Positions 21,563-40,808 of a stretch of DNA of 64,000 nucleotides are shown piece after piece. Source of the stretch: Microbotryum violaceum (Eukaryota); the NCBI GenBank assembly GCA_001244265.2, contig CDLV01000004.1, forward strand, positions 992,001 to 1,056,000. Direction: 5' to 3'. The position numbers were made by a program, and so were the translations under genes. The notes below the pieces were generated by a model, which made no database searches, was not told where the DNA came from, and saw only the letters and a program-made list of their open reading frames with translations. How positions within the stretch are numbered: the stretch's first letter is position 1; each line of letters starts with the position of its first letter.

Positions 21563-23618
21563 AGGCGATTGGCCGAGCTCTCGAGCTGACGGAGTTGGGT
21601 CTCCGCCTCGAGCTGACGGAGGTGGGTCCTTGCCGGATTCTCAGTCGGTTTGTCGCTTTCTTCCTCGTCAGAAGTCACCCATGGATTGGCGTTGCGAGCG
21701 GGGCGCTTGCCTTGCACCAAGACCGCCGGCGCCGGTGGCGCATGAGCTGCCCGCGAGGGTGCCGGAGTAGCAGCCACCGTTATGATCCAACCGAGGTAAG
21801 GAGCAATGCTTGTATAGCACATCGTCCCCTTCGGGCAAGGCATCGAGGGGTACTTCACCTTCGATGAAGAGGTTGAAGCATACGATGAGACGGCCGTCCT
21901 GATCCAAATCGAGCTCGTCGACCGTAAAGACTGGCAAGTCACCTAGGCCGCGGATTGACGTAACGCGTCGTTCTAGATCACCATCTTGTCCGGGCCGCTC
22001 GTTGCGTCTGGTGTCACTTTGGCCGTCTTGAGCCGCCTGTCGACGTCTGACGCCGGAGGCGGTAGGATTGAAGACCCTTTGTCCAATAGCGCGCTCCGTA
22101 TGCAGCAATGTAGTCGGCAGGGCGAGCGGAACCCAGAGCGTGCGAAATGACCGGATGCATTTGCGCTTCCTCGAGTGATTTGATACTGATCGGGGTACCT
22201 CAAGGAAGTTTCTCAACTTGCAACTCCCAGAAGTTAAGGGCGGCAGGATCGAGCGCCATGCGTTCTAGCTCGGTTTTGAGGATCAATATATCGGCGTCCG
22301 TCAGGAGTCCGCCATCCGCCTCCGCCCATGCCTCCGCAATCTTAATGAGCGCCTTCTTGGTGAAGTTTCCCGAGGTAGGGATCGGATACGAGGAGTCCCA
22401 GGCGAGAGGCTCGTAAGGATCGGCAAAGGGGTCAACTGACATGATTATGATGGGTCGAGGCAAAGCGCAGCGAAGGTACGACCTAATATAGACGAAGATA
22501 GAACGACTATGCTTGTAAAGCGTGTGCAAAGACTCTGAGGACTATGGCATACCTATGCTTGTAAAGCGTGTCGCTTGGAGACAAGAAGACAGCAAAGGAA
22601 ACAGACCTCGGACGCTGGTACGTCGAGGTTGGGTCTGTGTAGCAAGGTAGCCAAGTCAGTCAACGTGTTCAACAAGGACAGTCAAGAGTAGGAGTACCCT
22701 AAGGTAGAGCCTGAAGGTGGGTGATGTACCTCAGCTCTTTGAGCAAGACGCAGGCGAACAGGAGAGAGGTGCAGCACTGGCAGGTGCGGGCGGACGGCTG
22801 CATACAAAGTATGGAGCGTCAGTCAACCATCCAACAAAGGAGTGTTGAAAAAGAGAGGCGTACACAGTGACAGCTGTTCTTCGTCAACTGGTAAGGCAGA
22901 AGACTGCAAGGCGGAAGCTGTACGGTATTGCTGGGGGGGGGGGGGGTCCTGTGAGGAGCTCGGAACCTGTCAGCCAATTGGCGGCAGGAAGAGTTCAAAG
23001 AAGGCCACTGACCTTGGCAGGAGGTGGCAGAGGTACACAGCGATACTGGTACGGCAACGGCAAGCAGTGGGAACTGAAAGGTGCGGCAGGAGCTGGCTTG
23101 GTAAACTCTTGCGCAAGTGCGGCTTACAGACCAAGGCTCGAGGCAGGCATGCGGCACACGGCTTATTGCAAGAGGGGCAGACGTGCGAGCACGGCTTACT
23201 GCAAGGAGGGTAGAGGTTGCGCACGCTTGAGTCCTTGGCGTCAAACTCTTGCAGCAAAAGCAGAAAAGACCATAAGTGGTCTTAGCAGTGGCGCGGGCGC
23301 GCGGGTGTTGTGCGGGGGACCGGTAGAGGTGGCAGAGGCGGCTGGTTGTTTACACGAGATTGCGTCTTTTTGGCCTAGCTGTGTTTTCTCTCTTCTCCAC
23401 CACGCACTCAATATCACATCTCGCCTAGTCACTCTGTTACAGTCGATTGACCTTTAGCGACCCACTATCTCACAATAGGTTAGTTGAAATACATTACCAC
23501 GCACTCGATATCACATCTCGCCTAGTCGCTCTGTTACAGTCGATTGACCTTTAGCGACCCACTATCTCACAATAGGTCATCTATCGACGTCACGTAACTA
23601 GAGACGCTCCTACAATAA

Positions 23619-28210
<4,592 letters not shown>

Positions 28211-28963
28211 TAGTCGCTCTGTTACAGCCGATTGAACTTTAGCAACCCACTATCTCACAATAGGTTAATTGAAATACATTACCACACACTCAAATATCAC
28301 ATCTCGCCTAGTTGCTCTGTTACAGCCAATTGACCTTTAGCGACCCACTATCTCACAATAGGTCATCCATTGACGCCATGTAACTAGAGATGCTCCTACA
28401 ACAACACATCTACTCACTCAACTCCATGTCTTGCCTCCTGCCAGTACGACCAACTTGCAGCATTTACTGCTGCAACCGACTCTTTGGACAAGGTTCTTGG
28501 GTTGACCAGCTTCGTACTCGACATTGACTCATTGCCAGCAGAAGCAACCATTACCTTGAGAGTGCGTATAGCTTCATGAGTTGACGGATTCTATGTCGCT
28601 GAGCTGACTCTTGATTGAAAATGTCACAGGTCTACAAGCACATCAAGGCTCAACTCCCATTCGTAAATATCACTACAAGACCTCAAGGCCGGGTAGATGC
28701 CCCTGTTCCAAGTGGCGCACCTTCTGCTTCCAAGCACGACTTGCTTGTCAAGGAAAAGCGTGAAGCATCTCCAAGCGACAGGATCTCCGGCAATCTATGT
28801 CCAAACACCGAACCATATTCAACGGATGACAAGCTTGTCAACAGTGAAGATCATGCGAATTTACCAATATATAGTGAAGGAAGGACAACAATGACGGACC
28901 TGATGCTCGAAGCATACCCACAAGAGATTGTTCTTGATCCTTGGTGGCCCAACGGGACTTGGG

Positions 28964-31440
<2,477 letters not shown>

Positions 31441-34400
31441 TATGAACCGCACGACTGCTCAAGTGGTGGTGAGTCTCTGATCAACGGACCAAGGAGACCA
31501 GACCAATGAAGTTGCTTGAGCAGGAGAGTGAGAAGTGCGGAGCCAGTTGGCTGGGGTAAGTGCGCAACCAGGTCTGTGCCCCAGTGTCAAGCCCACGGAC
31601 CCAGCCTGGAGGCAAGGGGAGCTAGGCGGAGAGTGACTAGGTCCGTGCACTTGATGCAGGTGCATAGACCAAGCCCAGTGATGAGAGAGCAGGGTGAAGG
31701 ACAGGCCAAAATCACAGAGAGGACAAGACAGAAAGAGGGAGATGATGTGAGAAGGAAGTAAAGAGAGTTGTAACTCTCACACCCCCCCTACTTCGAGCAT
31801 CAGGGAGCACAGACACCAAGTTGGCCGCGGTGCCAAGCAAAGAGGTCGCAAGACAAGGCCTTGGTGAAGATATCCGCCGTCATCTTGCTGGTGGCAATGT
31901 ATTGGACAACAATGTCGCCCATGGAGACCATATCCCGGACAAAGTGTTTGCGAAGCCAAATGTGTCGAGTGCAAGCATGGAAGACCGGGTTTTTGGTGAG
32001 AGCATTGGCACCCTGATTGTTGCCGTAGATGAGGACGGGCTGTGAAGAAGGGAGACCAAGCTCACCAAAGAGTTGGCGTAGAAAAATGGCCTCCTTGCCG
32101 GTGTGGGTCAGAGCAAGGTACTCGGTGTCGCAAGTGGAGTCGGCGACGCGTGACTGTAGACGGGAGGACCAGGAGACAGCGGCACCTGCGTAGGTAAAGG
32201 TGTAGCCCATAGTCGATTTGGAGGAGAAGAGGCATGCACCCCAGTTGCAGTCCGAGTAGCCGACCAAGGGAGCCGGATCACCACGAGTGTAGCGTAAGCC
32301 GTGAGACAGGGTGCCGGCAACGTAGCGGAAGGCGTGCTTGATCGCACCCCAGGCAGCAGCAGACGGTGAACGAGAGAAGCGGGCCAGATATCCGACGGTG
32401 TAGGCGAGGTTGGGACGCGTACCGGTAGAAGCATACATAAGAGAGCCGATCGCTTGCAGGTACCGAGTTCGATCCGGGAATGGGGTGGGTTGGAGTTCGA
32501 CTTCGAGGTGGAGATCGGGCTGCATGGGTGTGGCGACAGAGTGAGCATTGGACATACCGAAGCGGGCAAGAACGTCCTTGAGGTACTGCTCCTGACTGAG
32601 GGTGATGGAGCCGTCGTTGGAGCCCCGAGTTTGGATGCCGAGGATGTATTCTGCCTCACCAAGTCGTTTGACGCCGTAACGCTGCTCGAGACCGTGGAGG
32701 GTACGCTCGATCTCTGGGAGAGAAGGGCTGATCATGAGCAAGTCGTCAACGTAGAGCGCAATATAGTGACGCTCATCACCGGCCGCCCGAACGTAAACGC
32801 AGTGGTCCGACTCCGTGGCGGTGTAGCCGAGAGCCGACAAGGCAGAGTCGATCTCGTCATTCCAAATACGTCCAGCCTGGCGCAAGCCGTAGAGAGAGCG
32901 GTGCAGCTGGAGAACCTTGCCCGGCATGTAGACTCCATTGGGTACGCGAATGTAGAGTGGCTTGTCCAATTTACCGTGGAGGTAGGCCTTGTCAATGTCG
33001 GCCTGATGGATGTGGTAACCATGGACGGCTGCGAGGGCAAGGAGTGCGCGAATGGATGTGAACTTAGCGACGGGTGCGAAGGTCTCGTCAAAATCGATGC
33101 CCCAGCGCTGAGAGTCGCCAAGGGCAACAAGTCGGCCTTTGTAAGACTTGACCTGGCCGTGCTGGTCGCGTTTTGTACGGAAGACGAATCGAGAGCCGAG
33201 AATCCTGGCATCTGCAGGCACGAGGGACTCATCAATTGGTGTGAAAGCGGAGAAATTGCGGGAAAGTGAGTCGAATTCGGCCTGGGCAGCGAGACGCCAC
33301 TCGTCAGCTTGAGGGGTTGCCATTGCAGCACGCCAGTGAGGGGGATCCCGGGCGGGCGCGATCAGTTCCGTCGAGTCCGTAGGCGCGGTGTTGAGCAAGG
33401 CGACGGCGCCGGAGGCAAGGTGGGCGACGGGTGGAGGCGAGTGGAGAGCGTCGTCCAGGTCGTCGGGAAATTCGGGTGCGAGACAGACGGAAGCGATGTC
33501 AACCGAGTGTGGCAAAAGGTCGATAGGGTCGGGGGACTCGGATCGAGTGGGCGAGGACGGCGCGGGCAACGGACGTGGCACCACCGGTCGAGGGGATGGA
33601 CAAGGCGTGGAGATTGCCGAGTTGGAGCTGCCCTGGTCAGAGGCGTAGGTGTCGGGGGAGTCCTGTTCAGGGAGGCCACCAGTACGGTTGATGAGGGAGC
33701 CTTGGTTAGAGGCAGGAAGAGAGCCTTGGTCGGAGGCAGGAGGAGAGCCTTGGTCAGAGGCAGGGCACGCGCGTGAGTCCTGGTCAGGGAGGACGCGGGC
33801 CTTGGTCAGAGGCAGCGGGCGCGGGTCCTGGGGGCTCGGCGCGAGGCGCCAGAGAGTGAGGGGAAGCAACGAGCGACGGCTCAGAGTGGTCTACCTGGTT
33901 GGGGTGAATGTCGGCGGCCACAGGAAGTGGAGTGGTGCCAGTGTGGTGTTGGCCACACTCTGCAAGGCAGGGAACTCAGATTCACGAAAGACGACGTTGC
34001 GACTGAGGAGGATTTTGCATGTAGCCGGGTCGAATAGGCGATACGCCTTTGCGTGGTAATCGAGCCCTACAAACATGAGCGGCACAGCCTGGGATCGAAG
34101 GCGGTGCGCTTAACCGAGGGAAGGCAGTGCCACGCACGACAACCGAAAGCACGTAATGAGGATACATCCGGTGGAATGCCATACCAACGAGTGTCAGGGA
34201 TATCACCGCAAATGCCTGCATGCGACATCAAGTTCTTGCAGTGTACAAAGTACGTGGCGGCCTCAGCCCAGAGGCGCGTGTCAGCACCGGCCGAGTAGAG
34301 TAAAGCAAGGATACCCTCTTTGATGGTGCGGTTGGTGCGTTCAACACGTCCGTTTTGTTGAGGGGTGTACGAAATAGTGAGCTCGCGACGTATACCCTTG

Positions 34401-36634
34401 GCCACACAGAAATCGACAAAGTTCCGAAGAGTGAACTCGCCACCATTGTCAGAGCGAATGGTCTTTACCCAATCACCCGTGGCGTTCTCTACCTCAAGAA
34501 TCCAGGCGCGGAGACGGTGAAAGACGTCACTTTTGTGAGTGAGGAGGATGCACCAATGTTTGCGGGTGTAGTCGTCGACAATCACAAGCATGTAGCGATG
34601 ACCGCCAAAGCTGGCCCGAGGCATTTGGGCAACATCGACGTGGACGAGGTCCAGGTGGCCGGACGCAATGGACTTGGAATGAGCAAAAGGGAGGGCATGC
34701 GCTTTGGAAGCGAGACAAGCATTGCAATTGAAAGACCTAACCTCTTCCTCTGAATATACCCAATCCACCCCAGTGACCAAACCTTTCTGCACGACGCTCT
34801 TAAGTTGCGCGACGGGTAAATGCGCAAAGCGACAGTGCATAGTCAGCAAGGAAACTCTGTGAGGGGTGGCTAGGAGGGCATTGGGCATACAGGGTGAGGG
34901 TGCGACAGTTAACGCGTATAGGTCATTTGCGATTGCTTGTGCCATGGCGACGACGGTGCCGGAGGAGTTGCGGATTGTGGCGCGGCCGGAACCAAAGAAG
35001 GTGGTGAAGCCAAGTCGATCCAGACGACGGAACGATAATAAGTTGCACGGGAGCGAAGGTACTAAGAGTACGTCGGTCGCTACAACGGGGCCAGCTGAAG
35101 TCGAGAGACGGATGGAGCCACAACCGGTGGACGGGAGGGAACCGGCAACTCCAGCAATGTGCAGGCCAGCGAACGGCCGGAGGGTGGAGAAGAGCTGGCT
35201 GTCGTTGGCCATGTGGCGATTAGCGCCGGAGTCGAGGAGCCAAGCCGACTTGGGAAAGGCAGACGGGGTGGCGAGGAGGCACACTGTGAAGGTGGCGGGT
35301 TCTGGCTTCTTGTCGACGGCAGGGGAGGTGACGGCAGGAGAGGCGACGGCGCAGGAACCCTTCTTGTGATTTCGTGAAGTCGCTCCGGCGGCAGCCTTCC
35401 GGGCGCAGAAGGTGGCGGCTCAGGCGGTGTCGGGACAGTCCCGAAGCCAGTGCATCTTTCGACAAGAGGGGTTGGGGCAAGGGCTATGAGGGACGCGTTG
35501 CTGAGAGGTGGTAGTGGCGGCAACGGGTGAGTCGACCGGACGAGCCTTGATCTCGTGGTAGATATGGTCGAGGATCTCGGCGGCAGGGGGCAGTGTACGG
35601 GATGTGCCCTGAGAATTGACAAACATTGTCCGCCAGGCGGAGAGGAAGGCATCCGGGCGAGCAAGTGTGACGCTAGTAGAGAATCCGTCGTCAACTTTGA
35701 GTCGTCGAGGAGGCGCGAGTCGTTCTCAAATTGGTCGCGAAACTGAAGGAACTCGTCAGCGGTGTCGGGCATAGGGTCGGGACTGAAGAGTTGAGAGATG
35801 ACAGGGAGAAGATCGACCGCCGAGACAGCACCATATCGCATGCGCAGAGCTACCCAAATATTGTGACCGCTGCGAGGGTCGCCGAAGTATTGCGAGAGGC
35901 CGGGAAGAACCATCTGAGGATCGACGGTGGCGCAGATCGAGGCGCGAGCGTAGTGATCCCATAATGAAACGTAAGATGGCGGCCAGGACAACAAAGGGAC
36001 GCCAGACTGAAGGTAGTCAATAACGTTGGAGGGCAGACGGGAGCATAGCGTCAGGACCCAGTCTTGATAGCTGTTGGTGTTGCGCAGAAGGTCAGAAGCA
36101 GCGAAGGCTGCGGCCTGTGTGGGGGGGCGCGGTGGGGGGACCGCGAGCGTTGAGGACTTGAGGGCGTCATCGGACATGCCAGGCGTGCAGGGTGCAGGGC
36201 GAGGCTGAGTTGTGCAAAGCGCGAAAAAAAAAAAAAAACGACGCGGGCGGGCACGGAGGTGACCGCGCTGGTAGCTTGTTGTGGCTTATAACCTATGAAC
36301 CACACGACTGCTCAAGCGGTGGTGAGTCTCTGATCAACGGACCAAGGAGACCAGACCAATGAAGTTGCTTGAGCAGGAGAGTGAAAAGCGCGGAGCCAGT
36401 TGGCTGGGGTAAGTGCGCAACCAGGTCCGTGCCCCAGTGTCAAGTGCACGGACCCAGCCTGGAGGTAAGGGGAGCTAGGCGGAGAGTGACTAGGTCTGTG
36501 CACTTGATGCAGGTGCCTAGACCAAGCCCAGTGATGAGAGAGCAGGGTGAAGGACAGGCCAAAATCACAAAGAGGACAAGACAGAAAGAGGGAGATGATG
36601 TGAGAAGGAAGTAAAGAGAGTTGTAACTCTCACA
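31441..36634 (-). mobile_element. Ty1/Copia family D copy 1, LTRs 31441-31781 and 36294-36634 (341 bp, intron-less)
   Basis: PBS GGTTATAAGCC; G-rich PPT; WLLDSGAN, RSDNGGEF, YVDD, ADIFTK; flanks belong to different elements, no TSD. Confidence 0.93.
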
Positions 36635-37562
36635 TGGAGGACACCACGGAGCGTGATTGGGTGTCCAGTCTTGGCGACAAATGCCGCGTCCCCCATGCCG
36701 ATGGCCGTGATGCCGCCCGCAATGCCGCCGATCTTGGTGTGTGCCGTTTGACAATAAGTCGTGAACAGGGATCGGTCAGCGACCATGTGTGTTGTGGCGC
36801 CCAAATCGACTACAAAGGCGTCAGTCGGGAGTTGGCGATGAGCAAACAGGGAGGAGGCAAAATAGCTGAAGTTTGGTTGCGGGGCCGCGGAGGAAGACGC
36901 GTCGTTTTGGGTGTCGTCGCTGCTACGTGTCTGTTCACCCCGGTTCTTGCAGTCGAGTGCCCAGTGACCTTTCTTGTGGCAGCGGCGGCAGGGGCCGGTG
37001 GGTGGGTGCTTTGCATGTGAAGTGCAGTCGCGCAGGCGGTGGCCGGGGGCGCGGCAGGCCGGGCAAGAGGAGGAGGTGGCAAGCATGGCCGAATGCAAGG
37101 TCAAGAGTCCTGCTGAGCGAAGCTGGATGCAAATGCGGTCCGTAAGCGTCGTGAGTTCGGGAAGGTCGCGTCGGTTTTGCTGCTCGTCCGTGAAAGGGAG
37201 TCGGAAGCTGTCGAGGCAAGATGGGACCATGGCGAGCACGTGGGTGGCAAGCACGTCGTTGAGCAATGTTTTGGCGTCGCGGATTTCCTGAGCAATCAAC
37301 ATGTACTTGCGTAGCCAGGTGTTGTAGGCCTCGACGGAGGCAGGCATTGTCCTGAAGTCCCAAAGGCGAGCGAACAACTCGAGGGTGCGTGTAGCGTCGT
37401 CCGGTGCAAAACGAGCCTTGAGAGCGGCAAAGATGCGCGGTGCTGACAGGTCGTCGCTGGGGATGGCGTCGAGGGTAGCCGATACGTCGGCGGAGTCGAT
37501 AGAGCCAACAATGATTTCCCGGGCGGCGTCATCACGGGCGGCAAGCTGGTCGGCGGTCCAGG
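36635..37562 (-). mobile_element. Copia family C gag/protease fragment
   Basis: Homologous to 45415-46340; two CCHC knuckles; VVDLGAT. Confidence 0.88.
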
Positions 37563-40500
37563 TATAAGATGATCACCACTACTGTCAGGAGGGGTTGATA
37601 GTCAAACAGAAGTGATGAGGAGGAAGCTAAGAACAGACAGGAGGCCCGCGCTGAGATAGGCCCAGTCGCGGGTGAAATTGATAGTGTGCTAAGACAGTTG
37701 CGCGCGTCTAAGTCCCCACCGCAAGGGGGCAGCCTAGCGGGCACGCGCACGGATCCACCCGGCGCTGGCGCGCTGAGTCAGTTGTGCGCATCAAAGTCCC
37801 CAGCGCAGGGGGCGGGCTGGCGGGCGCGCGCAACAACCGAGGCGCCTCTGCCGTGCTGAGAGTGGACTCGTCACACCCCCCCCCCCCCCCCCCCCACGCA
37901 AATGCGAGGCAGACCCAAGCCATGGGTGTCAAGTGCGCAAGCCGAGAGCATAGCAATGCATGGAAAAAATCTTTGGGCCAAGTGCCTTGGTAAAGATGTC
38001 GGCCACCATGTTGCTTGTCCCCACGTGCAAAAGAGAAATCTCACCCCAATTCACCATGTCCCAAACGAAGTGCTCACGCAGACGGATATGTCGAGTCCCG
38101 GATGCGCGGACAGGGTCTCGTGCGACGGCGGCAGCAGCTTTGTTGTCAGTGTAGATGTGAGCTGGGATACCAGACTGGACATGGAGCTCCTCAAGCAGCT
38201 GACTGAGGTAGATCCCTTCCTTGCCAGCATGCGAGAGAGCAAGGTATTCCGCGTTGGTGGTAGAGTCGGCGACCCGCGATTGACGCTTGGAGGACCAGGA
38301 CACAGCGGAGCCGGCAATGTAGAAGACAAAACCCATGGTGGAGACCGATGTGTCGACGCAGGCACCCCAGTTTGCATCGGAGTAACCTACCACGCCTGTG
38401 ATGCCCGTCTTACCACAAGTGTAAAGAAGCTCGTCGCGATAAGTGGCTCGGAGGTAGCGTAGGACGTGCTTGACAGCATTCCAATGGCGCTGGCCCGGGT
38501 TGTTGGCGAAGCGGGCCAGGTAAGATACGGCAAAGGCAATGTCGGGGCGAGTGCCAAGAGAGATGTATAAGAGCGAGCCGATTGCCTGTAGATACCATGA
38601 CCTGATCTGTTCCGTGCCTTGACCCGGAATGGCGGTGAGCAAAAGACCGGGGGTCATCGGGACGGTAGCACCGCGAGTTGTAGTGTTGAAGTGGAACCGA
38701 GTGAGCACGTCCATGATGTACCGTTCCTGGCATAGGGCAATAGAGCCGTCGTTGAGCCGCCTGATATGGATGCCAAGGATGTACTCGGCCGGTCCAAGGT
38801 GTTTGACACCGTAACGTTGTTCCAGGCCCGAGATGACGCATTCGATCTCGGCCAGGTCCGGGCTGATCATCAGAAGGTCGTCGACGTACAGTGCAATGTA
38901 GTGTGGACTTTGCCGATCGTCGAGCCGAGAGTAGACGCAGTGATCGGTGCCCGTCGCCGTGTACCCGAGAGCACAAAGCGAAGCGTCGATGTGTCGATTC
39001 CAGATGCGGCCGGCCTGTTTGAGCCCGTAGATGGAACGGCGCAGTCGAAGCACCTTGTCGCTGGGAAGGTCAAAGCCGCGCGGTGCCATCATCCAGATGT
39101 CGTGATCGAGGTCGCCGTGAAGATAGGCTTTGTCGATGTCCGCTTGGTGTACATGCAGGCCGTTGGCGGCTGCGAGCGCGAGGAGTGAGCGTATCGAAGA
39201 GAAGCGGGCAACGGGTGCGAACGTCTCGTTGAAGTCGATGCCGTTGCGTTGGCGATTGCCCTGCGCAACGAGCCGTGCCTTGTGTCCAGTGACGTCGCCG
39301 AGTGCGTTCGGTTTGGTTTTCCAGACGAACTTGGACGTGACGATGGTCGCACCCGCGGGTACCGTAGAGCGATCGTCGATGGTGAAGACCTTGAAGTCAT
39401 CTCGCATGGAATTGAACTCGTCGGTGGCGGCCTTGGCCCATACCTCACGCTTGTCGCTGGACATTGCCTCGCGCCAGGTCTGTGGGTCACTGGTGATGGA
39501 CTCAACTGGTTGAATGGCCTCGGCGTCAGACACGTCGTCGTCGGTTGCAATGAATGCGCGGTGATGTCGGATGAGGAAAGCGAGTTCGTCCGGCGATTCG
39601 TCATGAGGGGTGCCCAATGAGGTCAAGTTCGTCAGGAGACTCCTCAGCCGATGCGGGCTCACGGTACGTGCTGAAGTCTGGGTGGTGCACGGCCGGTGGG
39701 TCGAAGCGAACCTGGGGCTGTGAGCCGATAAGGTCGAGAGGATCGGCGGAGTATTCAGAGTCAGTCGGTAAAGCCAATGGTGACGATGACGCAGCCGACG
39801 ATGTGGAAGGCACAGGCAATGGCGACGCGGGTGGCTCAGGAGACGGTGACGAGGACGGCGCAGACAACGGCAAGGAGGACGGTTTGGCATCTGTGGGGTT
39901 AAGTAAGGTTCCACCAGTGTACCCTGGGGCCACGTCAACGGCGCTCATGGCAGAATCATCAAGGGGGCATGAGACGTCCATGTGCGCCGACCTTACTAGT
40001 GGGGTCCTCGTCTTGATGGCGGGGGCGGGCGGATCGGCAGGAACGACGACGTAGTGTTTGGTGTCGGCCAAGTTGACGGGTGCGTCGTCTTGCAGGCCGG
40101 GGAAGTCGTTGTCCAAGAAGGTGACATTTTGGCCAAGTACAATCTTGTTGACGGAGTGGTCGAAGAAACGGAAAGCCTTGGAGGCGAGGTCGTAACCGGT
40201 GAAGATCATGCGCCTGGCTTTGGGGTTGAGCTTGTTGCAAAGGTCCGGGGCGATCGTGAGCCAGGCGGCGCAGCCGAACGGGTGGAGGGCGGTGGTGGTG
40301 GTGCGTTGGCCGTTCCAAGCGGATTCTGGAGTCTGTTTGGCTAAAGCGGAGTGTGAGCACCTGTTTTTGCAATAAACAAAGTACGCGGCCGCCTCATCCC
40401 AAAAGGTGGTGGGCAAACAAGAATCAGCGAGGAGAGCGAGGACACCTTCAATGATGGAAAGGTTGACACGTTTGGCGCGACCATTTTGTTGAGGTGTGTA

Positions 40501-40808
40501 CGGTATAGAGTACTGGCGGCGAATACCCCTGGACTTGCAGAACTCCGTGAATGCGTTGGAGCAATACTCCCCACCGTTGTCGGAGCGGAGAATCTTCAAG
40601 CGTGCGTTCGTTTCCTAACTCCACGTCGGCGAGCCAAGTCTGAAAGGTCGGGAAGACATCGCTTTTGTGATCGATTGCATATGCCCAGAGTTTGCGAGAG
40701 TGGTCGTCAAGGAATGTGACAAGGTAGCGCTTTCCGGTCAAGGACGGAGTGGGAAACGACAGGACATCGCTGTGCACAAGGCCAAGTCTCTTGGGGGAGC
40801 GGGGGAAT
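37563..40808 (-). mobile_element. Copia family E 3' part: IN-RT-RH plus 3' LTR 37563-37875
   Basis: [19 protein letters not shown]-run PPT at 37876-37895; truncated in the integrase at an inverted junction. Confidence 0.88.

Noticed and set aside
22819-23257. Cys-rich ORFs ([16 protein letters not shown]) as metallothionein-like
   Set aside because: They appear to arise from short degenerate repeats in a TE terminal region; no supporting gene structure
32454-33269. Long antisense ORFs over Copia pol (also 54971-55813, 59331-59930)
   Set aside because: Expected shadow frames of GC-rich coding sequence
33630-33810. ~21-bp CTCTGACCAAGG repeats (also 54355-54490)
   Set aside because: Ordinary low-complexity IN-RT linker variation in Copia D
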